Shown: positions 1-12,411 of the stretch, in pieces
Layout: each line of letters opens with the position of its first letter
Position numbering within the stretch: position 1 is the first letter of the stretch
Assembly: GCA_002104905.1 (NCBI GenBank)
Contig: MCFE01000785.1
Span: 1-36,465 of the forward strand
DNA length: 36,465 bases
Direction of reading: 5' to 3'
From: Basidiobolus meristosporus CBS 931.73
Taxonomy: Eukaryota; Fungi; Basidiobolomycota
Notes under the pieces: model-generated
Seen by the model: the letters and a program-made list of their open reading frames with translations, nothing else
What the model was told of the DNA's origin: nothing
Database searches by the model: none
Position numbers and translations under genes: made by a program

Positions 1-1846
1 TCAATGACTATGAAGAAGATCTACAGGCCTATATATTTGGGAACTGCAAGTTTGACCTTGTACTTGGGAAAACCTGGCTATTTTGTTGTAATCCATCAAT
101 CAACTGGAGAACCCATGCTATTCAGATCCATAAGGACAACAACACCTATGAGCTATTACCTGCCAGACTGGATTTTAGCTTGGTCAATTCCAGTGTGTGA
201 GACAAGTGAGCTTAGCAAGACAAAGTTCTGTAGAGCACTAAGAAAAGGCTCCCAGTTTTTCCTCATGGCAGTATTACAGGAGGATTCCTCTACTCCAGTA
301 CCCCAGAAGGTCCAGACTCTATTGGAGGAATGTTCAGATGTATTTCCAGTTGAGCTTCTAAGCCTACCACCAGTCAGAGATATGGATCATGCCATTGAGA
401 CAGGAGATAGCCCTCCAGTGAGTAAGACACCTTACAGAAAAAGTCCATCAGAGTTGGAAGAGATGGAGAGACAAATATATCAGTTACTGGAGCAAGGATA
501 TATCACACCCAGCAAGCCACCTTGGGGAACACAAGTACCTTTTGTGAAGAATAAGGATGGAACACTTAGGATGTGCATTGACTACAGAGCCATCAACTCA
601 GCTACCATGAAGAATAAATACCCCAGGCCTCAGATTGATGAGCTTTTGGACCAACTCAATGGGGCCACTATTTTCAGCAAGATTGACCTCATGACAGGAT
701 ACAACCAGACTAGGGTGAAGCCAGAAGACATCCCTCAGACAGCATTCAGGACCAGATATAGACATTACAAGTACTTAGTCATGAGTTTTGGCCTCACCAA
801 TGCCCTTGCAACATTCAAGACCCTGATGCAGACTGTCTTCTAGGAGTACCTAGACAAGTTTGTGATAATCTACCTAGATGATATATTGATATACAGCAAG
901 ACAGAAGAGGATCACTTGGTGCACATTGAAAAGGTCTTTAAGCAGATAAGAGAGAACAAACTTTATGGCAAGCTACGCAGTGTGAATTCTTCAAGGAACA
1001 CGTTGAATATCTGGGACACATAGTAACTAACACACAAGTAGCTTTAGACCCTGGAAAGGTTGAAGTTATCAAGAATCTGAGGCAGCCCCATAGCATGTCA
1101 GAGCTCAGATCATTCCTTGGAATGGTTTTCTATTATTGGAGTTTTGTTGAGTCCTTTGCAAGTATTACAGCCCCTTGAACTGATATCCTCAAGAAAGACA
1201 ATACCTACAAGTGGGATATAGCTTGTGAGACTGCCTTCCAGACGCTCAAGAATGAACTTGCTAAGCTGCTAAGCTTAAGAATATCAGACTACAGAAAAGG
1301 GTTTACTCTGTGCACAGATGCTTCAGATTTTGCAATTGGTGGAGTGCTGAGCTAAGAACACAAGGGAAAGGCCTACCCTGTTGCCTTCAAATCAAAGATA
1401 CTAAACTCAGCAGAACAAAACTATCCAGTGCATGAGAAGCAGATACTCGCTATAATACACTGTATGGAGACATGGTGATGCTATATTGAAGGAGTCAAAT
1501 GCACTGTGAAGACTGACAATGCCTCCCTCAAGTATATACTTACTCAGAAGGTACTCTATAGATGAATGACAAGATGGAGTGAATACATTGGGCAGTTTGA
1601 TTTTGAGATTGTCTACTGCCCTGGGAAAGACAACATGGTTGCTGATGCCTTATCAAGATTAGAACAAGTTACACAACTCAACTTGGTGCATGAATCAGAT
1701 TGGCGTAGCATATTACCAAGGACCTGGAGGACCAAGCCATTCCTAATGAGGTGTATGAAGACATCAAGAAGATAATCCAGGATGAAGCCAGCAAATTTGT
1801 AGTACAGGATGAAACACTCTACCAAAATGTTGATGGAAGCCCTATT
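1..1846 (+). pseudogene. pol: Ty3/gypsy pol fragment (end of protease, reverse transcriptase, RNase H, start of integrase), disrupted
   Basis: RT motifs [25 protein letters not shown] in ORF 4..843. In-frame TAG at 841-843 is followed by YLDD (871-882). RNase H signatures L-C-T-DAS and VKTD follow, with several stops and frameshifts. Confidence 0.95.
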
Positions 1847-1857
1847 ACATCTGAGAA

Positions 1858-2558
1858 ACAGCAAAACTCTGTCAGGAGCAACTTTGGTGCTAAGGTCAAC
1901 TGGTACCATATTAGAGTCATTGAAAACCTGTGAACTTGGCAATTTCTGATTGAAGAAGCTTTTAAGGCTCAGTGAATTGCCTCAGTGAGCAAGTTGCATT
2001 ATGCAGCTTTGCAGTGGTACCACAACAAGACAGGTCAGCCACCATGATGGGATGCTCTACAGTCTCTACCTTGGATAAGTGTGTATCAGAGATTCAGGAT
2101 GCATTTGAACCCCCACACCAGCAGACACTACTAAGAGGGAAGATGAAGACTCTTGGGCAGAAAGGACTGCTACATCTATGAATATTGACATCCATTAGGA
2201 TAACTGAACAAATGGGCCCCTTGGATCAAGTTGAATACTGCACTGGTGGGTTGAAAGAAAGGACTTAGAGCAAAGTGAATTATTGAAGTCCTGAGACTAT
2301 TGAAGAAGCCATCAAGATTGCCATTGACTATGACTCTGCTATGTTTGGAGTTGGGAGGCCCACAATGACTAATCAGAGAGGCTACAATCACCATGAAAGA
2401 AGACAACCCACAACGGTAACAATGGAAATAGATGCTGTGCAGAAGAATTGTCCCTCACAAGAATGTAAGAAGAGAGGACATTGCTTCAATTGCCGCCAGC
2501 AGGCACATATTGCAAAGTATTGTCCTTAGATGAGAAATGGTCACCAGGCATCTAGGAC
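1858..2558 (+). pseudogene. gag: Ty3/gypsy gag fragment with CCHC zinc knuckle, lying downstream of pol (out of order)
   Basis: Aligns to the gag at ~6360-6810. CFNCRQQAHIAKYC knuckle in ORF 2341..2529. Confidence 0.85.
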
Positions 2559-2685
2559 TATTATGATCTACCTCTTGAGTGTGAGAGTTAGATCAGCTTT
2601 TAGTCAAGTCCATTAGTTGTATGTTTAGCTTATCAGTACATCAGTATTATCCATCAAATCAGGAGCATTAATCAGCCAATGAATT
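2559..2685 (+). repeat. 5' fragment of the gypsy LTR
   Basis: Starts TATTATGATCTAC like the LTR at 10080 and follows it for ~125 bp, then joins integrase sequence. Confidence 0.8.
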
Positions 2686-3236
2686 AGATACTTGAAAACC
2701 TTGGTGTATTACCCTAAAACTAATGGAATTACTGGGCAGTTTAATGGATTATTTGGAAAATGCTGACCAAGTATGCAAATGGATCCGTCAGTAGGTTGGA
2801 TTAGTATATAGATCAATCACTTTTTGCATGCAGAGTCAGAGTGCACAACACCACCAAACAATCATCATTTTACTTAGTATATGGATGTGAACCCAGGATT
2901 CTGGGAGATCTCACACAACCAAAGCTTATAGATGCCTTAAAAGCTGTACTCAGTCAGTCAAGTATACATCAGCAGCTGGAACAAAGACATCAAGAGGAAC
3001 AGGTGAAAGTATCTCAAGGGGTGGAAAAGAAGAAGCAGGGATTTGGTTAAACTATATCACCAGAAGCATTGACAGTTGGGAACTTTGTATTGCTGAGAAA
3101 CAACACTTGGAAGAAGTATGAGCCACAATGGATGGAATCAAGCTTGCAAGACTTGTCAACAATACTGAACCATCAAGATATTGGTATTACAAGAAAAGCA
3201 ATTGAGGAGCATCCTCTCTGCTTTAGAAGGGGAGAA
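2686..3236 (+). pseudogene. pol: Ty3/gypsy integrase C-terminal remnant, ending in the polypurine tract AGAAGGGGAGAA (3225-3236)
   Basis: Aligns to ~9465-10079 (HNTTKQSSFYLVYGCEPR) with an ~110-bp deletion. The purine tract abuts the LTR. Confidence 0.85.
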
Positions 3237-3604
3237 TGTTATGATCTACTACTTCAATGTCTAAGTTAGATCAGTTTTGAGTCAAATCCATCAGTTTGAT
3301 GTTTGGCATATCAGTCTATCAGTGGTATCTATCAGATGAGTAGCATTAGTCAGCAAATGAATCAGCAGATCCCTATCAGACAGAAATAGATATCCTAAGT
3401 AGAATCTTACTGGGTGATGATGATTCAATCAAAAGAGTCATCAGCCACAACCTATATTAGGAAGTACAATTAGTCAGCAACTGATCTGGCAAATATATAC
3501 AAGGAGCTGCCGGAACCTCAACAAAAAGGATTTCGAGTTTTAGTGAGTACAATGCTAGCTAAACTCCCTATTCCTTCACAACTCCTATATCAAGACTTAT
3601 AACA
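3237..3604 (+). repeat. Complete 3' LTR, 368 bp, TGTTAT...ATAACA
   Basis: TG...CA ends with a 6-bp inverted terminal repeat, preceded by a PPT, same length as and homologous to 10080-10447. Confidence 0.92.
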
Positions 3605-4329
3605 TCATTTGCTGGAACCCATTCCCGTATGAAAAATACCTGGACCAACAGGTGGATCTGATCCAGATCAGCGGCAAGATCCTGTTAGGACACTGCAATA
3701 ATATCAGCAGCTTGGAATTAATGAGCATCTACACAATCTTATCATGCATTACTGTTACAATTTAAGAAGTAATCTGGATAAAAGGAACTCATCAAGATAT
3801 AGTGACAATAGTTGAGCTGTTGTTTATTTATAAAGTGGATCAGTATTTATGCCTTGCTAAAAGCAATACAGCAGTAACACTAAGAAAGGGGGGTTTCTTG
3901 AAATTCAGGAGCATTCTGTAACGGTTTCAGGGTTAGTACATATTGTTTGGTTACAAGTGTTCATTTGATCTTTACTATAGCGGAATAATCACAGGATCAT
4001 AGTTGTGACGAAACTGGCAAAGTTGGGGCTGCAAACAAGTCCTACAGAGACCAAGACTAGTCTAGAATTGTTAAGTAAATTTTTAGCTGCTGAATGATAT
4101 CAAATAGTCCAATATTACAACAGTTACATTGGCATTTGGCTAATTTTAGAGCCAAATAAAGTTAAATGCTTAACAGTGCTTGTACAGTGTTTTGCCAGGG
4201 GTGGCGTGACACTGTTGTAGCTTTAGTGCACTATACAACTAGTCAAGTGTATCTAATGGCCAATACATCCAATATCCATATATGGCAGAAAACTTGACTG
4301 TATTTTGATGGCCTCATTGCAAGCCTCTA

Positions 4330-5336
4330 ATAGCATTATTATGGCAGTATGACTGCCTACAGCTAGTTCTCTATAATGCTTTTACACCAACTTACCAAGC
4401 AATAAATCATTTCTCTACCTCCCTTTGTGCAACTCATATACTCCACAGTAGAACCACCCCTCTTTATTTGCTTACTCACTACTCTATTGTTGGTTGCAGC
4501 CACCTCTACCATAAATACCTCCTGAACATCTGTAATGAACTTTTTGGTATTTAGCTAATATATTCCTTCTCACTGCTGGATTCTAGTCCCCTTTATTGGT
4601 GCACCCCTGCTTTTGTTTGTGCAAATTCCATGTATAATGGTTTCAAAACTGCCTTCTGACCAAGAGAAATCTGGCATACCTTGGTAGGGTTTTCCTGATC
4701 AAAATTAGTTGCTTGTTGCACCTAACTCAACTTTGCATAACTTGACTGATTACCAATGCATTAGGGCTGCTTAGTTGCTTAATGCCATAGGCATAGGTGT
4801 CTACATATTTATATCTGTCCTCAGAATTTTCCAACTTTTCCTGGCTGTCCTCCTTTTGCCAACTCATCACATACATGACAGACTTGAAGGTAATATCATT
4901 GATGAGACTAAAATATGGTAGTACCTGCAACTTGACTTGTCTTCCTATCTTGCAATATATCCACCCCATAGGAAGCTCCCATGAGGTGAGGGAAGGTTCA
5001 AAATTCTCAGCACACCAGGCAAGATGCAGTAACAAATTGATATAGTAGCAGCAGAGATCTACATGTTCAGCTTTATGCTTGTAGTATAGATACTCAAATT
5101 CTGTCAAAGACTCATTGCACAAAACTTGTAGATATGCCAAGTTGGCATTGGTGAGCTGCTTCTGGATAAATGTTGCTTCAATGTCCACATATGACTTCCA
5201 ATGTTTCCAATGTATTTTTGGTTGAAGTGGCTTCAGAAGGCCACTTGGATTAATACATTTCCAGTTCATCCAGTCCTTGCACTTGTGTTGTGGCATATGT
5301 GTATGAATGTTGATTAGAGCCTGTGAGAAGAACTGA
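4330..5336 (-). pseudogene. CACTA-like transposase, C-terminal part (copy 1)
   Basis: ORF 4727..5296: LLLHLAWCAENFEPSLTSWELPMGWIYCKIGRQ, matching the HL...GP...W.FPMER-type motif of En/Spm TnpD-like proteins. Confidence 0.85.
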
Positions 5337-5968
5337 CCCTATGAAAAGTTATTGTGATGATCCCATCAGATTCCTGTCACAAATTCCAAGTCCTGTGACC
5401 AAGAGGTATTGATTCCATCAAGACACCATGCAAAGACCATCAAAATATAATTGCACACCTTATTTCATATATAACTTGGTCAAAACCTTTCATCGCAACA
5501 ATGAAGAAATGGCATTTGATTGGCTCTATTCAACTTTTCTTACTCACTGATCCCAGACACTACATCAACTCCTGCATTTGTGTGCATAGATTGGTCATTG
5601 CATCTTTTTCTCACTCCTTACTACCTGACTAAAGTGCTTCTCTTATTGTTCATTCTTACTAATTTATTTAGGGTTAAAATTTCTGTTGGAACTTCAGTTG
5701 AACCTCTATTGCTAGTTGTACTGACCTATACAAGTTCCTATATCCTACACTAACACTGAGCCCAACCCCACACTAAACAAGTAACTTCATTAAAATCTAC
5801 CAATCTGTAAGTTTGTCTACTGTAATGCTCTGTTTCTACAATTTTGACAGGAACCCTATGGCCCTATGCCATTGTTCATTCATTAGTTCCCATACATCCA
5901 GGACTTCAGCCAGTACCACAGGGTCTAGCTCCTCATTTGCATGTCTAAGCAATATTCAAGTGCATTTT

Positions 5969-6188
5969 AATAGATATATTAGGTAGGATTTTATTGGGTG
6001 ATGATGATGCAATCATATGAGTCATCAGCCACAGAATACATTAGGAAAAAAATTAGTCAGCAATTGATCTGGCAAAATGTATACAAGGAGCTGCTGGAAT
6101 CTCAATAAAGATCAGTTCAAGTTTTAGTGAATACAATACTAGCTAAACTCCCTCTTCCTCTACAACTACTATACCAAGACTTGTAACA
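5969..6188 (+). repeat. 5' LTR of gypsy-2 (last 220 bp only)
   Basis: Matches 10228-10447 and ends CTTGTAACA. Confidence 0.9.
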
Positions 6189-6189
6189 T

Positions 6190-6200
6190 TGGTGGCAGCA
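6190..6200 (+). promoter_or_regulatory. Primer-binding site, probably tRNA-Leu type
   Basis: TGGTGGCAGCA starts 1 nt after the LTR end. It matches the complement of a eukaryotic tRNA-Leu 3' end (TGGTGGCAGCGG) over 10 nt, and the next base is a CG>CA change. Confidence 0.65.
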
Positions 6201-6246
6201 ATAACCAGTAACATTCCTCCTGAAGAAAGAAGAAGCCTCCTTTGAG

Positions 6247-7335
6247 ATGTCCAAAGATCAAGAATGGAAGAATGCTATGCAACAAATCCTGGCCCAGCAG
6301 CAACAGTGACTCCAGATCCTTGGCCAGCAGCAACAAGTAATGATCACCTTGGCCCAAAGCCAGCAAAACCCTGCCAAGAGCAACTTTAGTGTGAAGGTCA
6401 ACTAGTACCATGGTAGAGTCAATGAAAACCTGGAAACTTGGCACTTCTAGATTGAAGAAGCTTTCAAGGCTAAGAGAATTGCTCCAGAAAGCAAGTTACA
6501 CTATGCAGCCTCTTACCTGGCAGATGCAGCTTTGCAGTGGTACCACAACAAGATCAGGTCAGCCACCATTGTGGGATGCTCTACAATCTCTACCTGGGAT
6601 GAGTTGATGTTTGAAATTCTGGATGCCTTTGACCTTTGCTACGATTACTATGAAAGAAGAAAATCAGAAGCAGTTCCAATGGAATTAAATGCTATGCTGA
6701 AGAATCCCACCTCAGAAGAATGTAAGAAGAAAAGACTTTGCTTCAATTGCCACCAGCAGGGATATATTGTCAAGTACTTCCCCCAGAGAACAAATGGACA
6801 CCAGCCATCAAGAGCCTTTAACCATATTGAGGCCATGGAGCATAGTAACATGGAGGATGAACTTGAAGAAAACTCAGAACTCACCTTCCACATGACAGAA
6901 GAATACCTATCCCAGATGACTTCAAACTCAGCAAAGCTAATATACTTGAATGGAGTAATCAATGGAGTACATGCAAAGATCATGATTGACTTAGGAGCAT
7001 TGCATGAGTACATGTTAAAGCAATTTGCTTTGAGAGCTGGAGTCAACTTGGAACCTACCAGATCCACTTTGGTCTCAACAGCTGATGGGAACTCTCACGT
7101 AATCAACTGTATTACTCAGCCGGTAAGGATGAAGATCAATGACTATGAGGAAGATCTACAGGCCTATATATTTGGGAACTGCAAGTTTGACCTTGTACTT
7201 GGGAAAACCTGGCTATTTTGTTGTAATCCATCAATCAACTGGAGAACCCATGCTATTCAGATCCACAAGGACAACAACACCTATGAGCTATTACCTGCCA
7301 GACTGGATTTTAGCTTGGTCAATACCAGTGTGTGA
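6247..7335 (+). pseudogene. gag: gag-protease of gypsy-2, with internal stops and an ~280-bp deletion relative to the gag at 1858-2558
   Basis: ATG at 6247 is in frame with ORF 6532..7335. Degenerate knuckle CFNCHQQGYIVKYF and aspartic protease motif IMIDLGA (from DSGA). Confidence 0.88.
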
Positions 7336-9995
7336 GACAAGTGAGCTTAGCAAGACAAAGTCCTGTAGAGCACTAAGAAAAGGCTCCCAGTTGTTCCTCA
7401 TGGCAGTATTACAGGAGGATTCCTCTACTCCAGTACCCCAGAAGGTCCAGACTCTTTTGGAGAAATGTTCAGATGTATTTCCTGATGAGCTTCTAAGCCA
7501 ACCACCAGTCAGAGATATGGATCATGCCATTGAGACAGGAGATAGCCCTCCAGTGAGTAAGACACCTTACAGAAAAAGTCCATCAGAGTTGGAAGAGATG
7601 GAGAGACAAATAGATCAGTTACTGGAGCAAGGATATATCACACCCAGCAAGTCACCTTGGGGAACACAAGTACATTTTGTGAAGAAGAAGGATGGAACAC
7701 TTAGGATGTGCATTGACTACAGAGCCCTCAACTCAGTTACTGTGAAGAATAAGTACCATATACCTCAGATTGATGAGCTTTTGGACCAACTCAATGGGGC
7801 CACTATTTTCAGCAAGATTGACCTCATGTCAGGATACAACCACACTAGGGTGAAGCCAGAAGACATCCCTCAGACAGCATTCAGGACCAGATATAGACAT
7901 TACAAGTACTTAGTCATGAGTTTTGGCCTCACCAATGCCCTTGCAACATTCAAGACCCTGATGCAAACTGTCTTCTAGGAGTACCTAGACAAGTTTGTGA
8001 TAATCTACCTAGATGATATATTCATATACAGCAAGACAGAAGAGGATCACTTGGTGCACATTGAAAAGGTCTTGAAGAGGCTAAGAGAGAACAAGCTTTA
8101 TGGCAAGCTACCCAAGTGTGAACTTTTCAAGGAACACATTTAATATCTGGGACACATAGTGATTAGCACAGGAGTAACCTTAGACCATAAGAAGATTGAA
8201 GTAATCAAAATCTGAAGCAGCCCCATAGCATATCAGAGCTCAGATCATTCCTTGGAATAGTTTCCTATTATTGCAGATTTGTCAAGTCCTTTACAAGTAT
8301 TGTAGCCCCTTTAACTGATATCCTCAAGAAAGACAATACATACAAGTGGGATATAGCTTGTGAGACTGCCTTCCAGATGCTCAAGAATGAACTTGCTAAG
8401 CTGCCAAGCTTAAGAATACCAGACTACAGGAATGAGTTTACTTTGTGTACAGATGCTTCAGATTATGCAATTGGTGGAGTGTTGAGCCAAGAACACAAGG
8501 GAAAGGACTACTTTGTTGCCTTTGAATCCAAGAAACTAAACTCAGCAGAGCAAAACTATCAAGTGTATGAGAAGGAGATGCTTGCTATAATACATAGTTT
8601 AAAGACATGGAGATGCTATATTGAAGGAGTCAAATGCACTGTGAAGACAGATCATGCCTCCCTCAAGTATATATTTACTCAGAAGGTACTCTATAGAAGA
8701 ACAACAGGATGGAGTGAATACACTCAGCAATTTGACTTGGAGATTGTCTACTGCCCTGGAAAAACAATACAGTTGCTGATGCCTCATCATGATTAGAGCA
8801 AGTTGCACAACTCAACTTGGTGCATGAATCAGATTGACCTAGCCTATTACCAAAGTACTTGGAGGACCAAGACATTCCTAATGAGGTGGATACAGATATC
8901 AAGAAGATAATCCGGGATGCAGTCAGCAAATCTGTAGTACAGGATGAAACACTCTGCCAAATTGTTGCTGGAAGCACTATTGCCTATTGCCCTTATGTTT
9001 CTTGCCTGGATTTAATACATAAGCTACACAATGGATATGGACCTTGTGGAATTGAAGGAACTTATAGTCTTGTTAAAGCCAGAGCATTGTGGCCCAGAAT
9101 GAAACAAGACATTGAGAAGCTAGTGAAAACATGCTCAAATTGCCAAATCAACCAAGGCCAACCACAGAGAATTGCTGAACTTTTTCTGTTGGAGCCTGTA
9201 AGACCATTTGAAAGATGGGGAATTGACTTTATTGGAAGACTGCCTACTACCAGCAAATGCAACCGTTGGATCCTAGTAGCAATTAACCATGCCACTAAAT
9301 GGCCAGTGGCTAAAGCTGTACCTATGGCCAGTGAACAAGAGGTTGCAAGTTTCATATACCATGAGATCCTTATGAAGTTTGGATGCCTTGTAAAGATTCT
9401 ATCCAATAGAGGTGCAAACTTTATGGCAAAGACATTGGAATCTTTCCTGGAAATGCAGCAGATCAAACACTTGAGAACCTTGGCATATCACCCCAGAACT
9501 AATGGAGTCACTGAATGGTTTAATGGATTATTTGGAAAAATGCTGACCAAGTATGCAAGTGGAGTTATCAGTGGATGGGATGAGTATACAGACCAAGCAC
9601 TCTTTGCATGCAGAGTCAGAGTACACAACACCACCCAGCAATTGCCTTTTTACTTGGTGTATGGATGTGAACCAAGGATTCCAGGAGAACTCACACAACC
9701 AAAGCTTACAGACACCTAGAAGATGAACTCAGTCAGCCAAGTAGACACCTGTAACTGGAACAAAGACGTCAAGAGGCACAGACCAAATATCTCAAAATGC
9801 AGAAAAGATGAAGCCGAGATTTGATAAGACTATATGTATTGCTAAGAAACAACACTTGGAAGTAGTTTGAGCCACAATGGACAGGACCATTCAAGATCAT
9901 CAGAGAACATCCATTTGCAACTTACCAACTAGTGGACAAACAAGGCAATATTGGGGAAGACTTAGTGCATAGGGACAGACTCAAGCTTGCAAGAC
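7336..9995 (+). pseudogene. pol: RT-RNase H-integrase of gypsy-2, disrupted
   Basis: ORFs 7139..7978, 8377..8796 and 8859..9719. TAG at 7976-7978 precedes YLDD (8006-8017). RH TDAS motif, integrase H...CSNC and WGIDFIG...HPRTNG. A GPF motif follows. Confidence 0.95.
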
Positions 9996-10079
9996 TTGCT
10001 GATAGTACTGAACCATCAAGATATTGGTATCACAAGAAAAGAGATTCAGGAGAACCCTCTCAACTTTAGCAGGGGAGAA

Positions 10080-10447
10080 TATTATGATCTACCACTTGAA
10101 TGTTTAAGTTAGATCAGTTTTTAGTCAAATCAATTAGTTATTTGTTAAGGCTATCAATATATCAGTATTAACTATCAAATCAGTAACATTAGTCAGCAAA
10201 TAAATCAGCAGATTCTTATCAGACAGCAATAGACATATTAGGTAGGATCTTATTGGGTGATGATGATGCAATCAAATGAGTCATCAGCCACAGTCTACAT
10301 TAGGAAAAAAATTAGTCAGCAATTGATTTGGCAAAATGTATATAAGGAGCTGCTGGAATCTCAATAAAGATCAGTTCAGGTTTTAGTGGAAACAATACTA
10401 GCTAAACTCCCTATTCCTCTACAACTTTTATACCAAGACTTATAACA
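10080..10447 (+). repeat. 3' LTR of gypsy-2, 368 bp, preceded by PPT AGCAGGGGAGAA (10068-10079)
   Basis: TATTATGAT...CTTATAACA, homologous to 3237-3604. Confidence 0.92.
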
Positions 10448-10752
10448 CACTGAAGGCATTGTGATAAGCTTTTCAGTTCTTGACATTGCTACTTTGTCTG
10501 TCAGTGGGTTCTCCACACTCTCAATAATGAAAGGTGTGGAGGCTTTGGTAGACAAACTGCCGTTCACTGCAAACTCATCTACCTGACTAGAGTGTGGCTC
10601 AACTGGCCACACTTCCAACTTGTGTGAAAACAACTGTTTTTTTTGCAAGTGGATCATCAATGCCAACTTGACCCTATGAAGAATTATTGAGATGATCCCG
10701 TCAAATGGCCATCAGAAAGTTAATTTTCTGTGACTAAGAGGTACTGATCTTG

Positions 10753-12411
10753 TCAGAACACTGTCCAGAGACTGTTGAAAATAATTACACCCCAGATTTC
10801 ACAAAAAACTTTGTCAAAATTTTTCATCACAACAATGTATAAGTGGCTTTTGATTGGTTCCCTGCCAATTTGCTCACTTTCTGATCCTGGACACTCTATT
10901 GCCTCCTATGTTTGTGTGAATTAACTGGCTATTGCCTCTTTTTCACACTCCTTACTTCCTGACTCAACCGTTTCTCTTACTTTTCATATGTACATATTGA
11001 TTTATTTCCGTTGAAACTTCATTTGTACCTTGGTTGCCAATTGTATTGACCTATACAAGTCTCTATACACTACACTAATATTAAGCCCAGCCCCACACTC
11101 AACAATTAACTCCATTAAAATCCACCACTCTTTGTGTGTTTCTGCTGTAATGCTCTGGTTCCATGACTTTGGTGGAAACCTAATGGCTTTATGCCAATGT
11201 TCATTCACTGGTTCCCACATGTCCTTATCTTCAGTTGGCACTACAAGGTCTAGCTCCTCATCTGCCAGTCTTTGCAATAAATCCTTGCAATATTCCCGTG
11301 CGTTTTCTTGAGCACTGCTCTTGAAGAAGTACTGCAACCTCTTGGTGTGCCTTTCAATGTTCCAAAACTCCACTGAAGGCATTGTGATAGTCTTTCAAGC
11401 TCTTGACATTGTAGACTTCTCTGTCAGTGGGATCTCCACCCTGTCAACAATGGAGGCTGTGTAGGCTGTGGTAGACAAGTCACCTTTTTCAGCAAACTCA
11501 TCTACCTTGCTGGAGTGTAGCTCAGCTGGTTACGCTTCCAGCTCTTGTGAAAACAGCTGCTTTCTTGTTGGTAATTCTTCTTGGCTATGATGGGATTCAG
11601 TCTGTTCCTGCCTTGCGGCGTTAATTGGCAAGAACTGCAGTTTTTTTTGCATGTCTCCCTGTCTCAGGCTTAGGTAGACATTTTTCCCTTTACCTATTCC
11701 TTTATCACTGCCAGGTCTTTTACTGCTACTTTGTCTGAGTGCTTCTTGTAAAGAACTAGGTTTTCTCCTGGATAAATTCTACTCTGATCCATCTGTTTTG
11801 GCTTGCTTGTCCCTTGCTGGCACTCTTGTTGCAACCTGACGTTTCTTTTCAGCTTGTTTTGAGCTTTCAACAATAGTTGTGACAGGCTCCTACAATAGAG
11901 GTTGGTTTTTATCACTGCCAGGTCCTTCACTGCTACTTTAACTGGGTGCTTCTTGAGTGGTGCTAGGCTTTTTCCTTGATAAATGTTGTGCTGGTGCATC
12001 CATGTTTGCCTGCTTGTCCCTAATTGGCACTCTTCCAGCTGCCTGATGTCTCATTAATGCTTGTCTGGAGCTTTCAGCCCTGCTTGTAATGGGCTCTTGA
12101 GGAAGCCGCTGGTTTTTAGCCATGGCACCCTTGTTCTTCTGCCTTTGATAGTCTCCACTATTCTTAAGATACTTTCTTATCAGACCAGCTTATGGCTCTG
12201 CAGAGGTTCTCAATTGCCTAATTGACTGAGGGCCTGAGGAGTCCGCATTATTACCTTCAATGGGTACACTGTCTACAGGGCTTTTTTTGGATGTAGCCCC
12301 ACTTGTTGCACTGAATGTCAAAGCAAGCTGTTGTCCAACCATTCTTCTGTTACTGTCAGCAGTGGGGTTTGGTTGAGAACCAGACAATGTTGCTTTATTC
12401 TTTGGCAGCAT
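10753..12411 (-). pseudogene. ORF-X of copy 3: second gene of the CACTA-like element, unknown product, disrupted and internally deleted
   Basis: Starts MLPKNKATLSGSQ (12411), includes ORFs 11694..11999 and 11002..11382, and has the C-terminal REPIKSH...F...IW block shared by all copies. Confidence 0.7.

Larger units (their letters stand above)
5969..10447 (+). mobile_element. Ty3/gypsy LTR retrotransposon copy 2, nearly full length, inactive
   Basis: Order is partial 5' LTR, PBS, gag, PR, RT, RH, INT, PPT, 3' LTR. Multiple stops and frameshifts. Confidence 0.95.

Noticed and set aside
2554-3609. 2559-3604 as an independently inserted mini-LTR element
   Set aside because: The flanks AGGAC and TCATT do not form a TSD.
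3605-3623. Upstream half of the old PHIS remnant expected left of CACTA-like copy 1
   Set aside because: TCATTTGCTGGAACCCATT does not match the expected ...AAGACATCCA, and the flanks ATT and CTG differ, so the two ends of copy 1 are not proven partners.
6190-6200. tRNA gene
   Set aside because: It is only a 10-nt complement of a tRNA 3' end with no cloverleaf; it is a PBS.
9720-10079. Chromodomain at the end of the integrase
   Set aside because: Only a GPF-type region followed by the PPT is visible; no chromodomain motif is recognisable.
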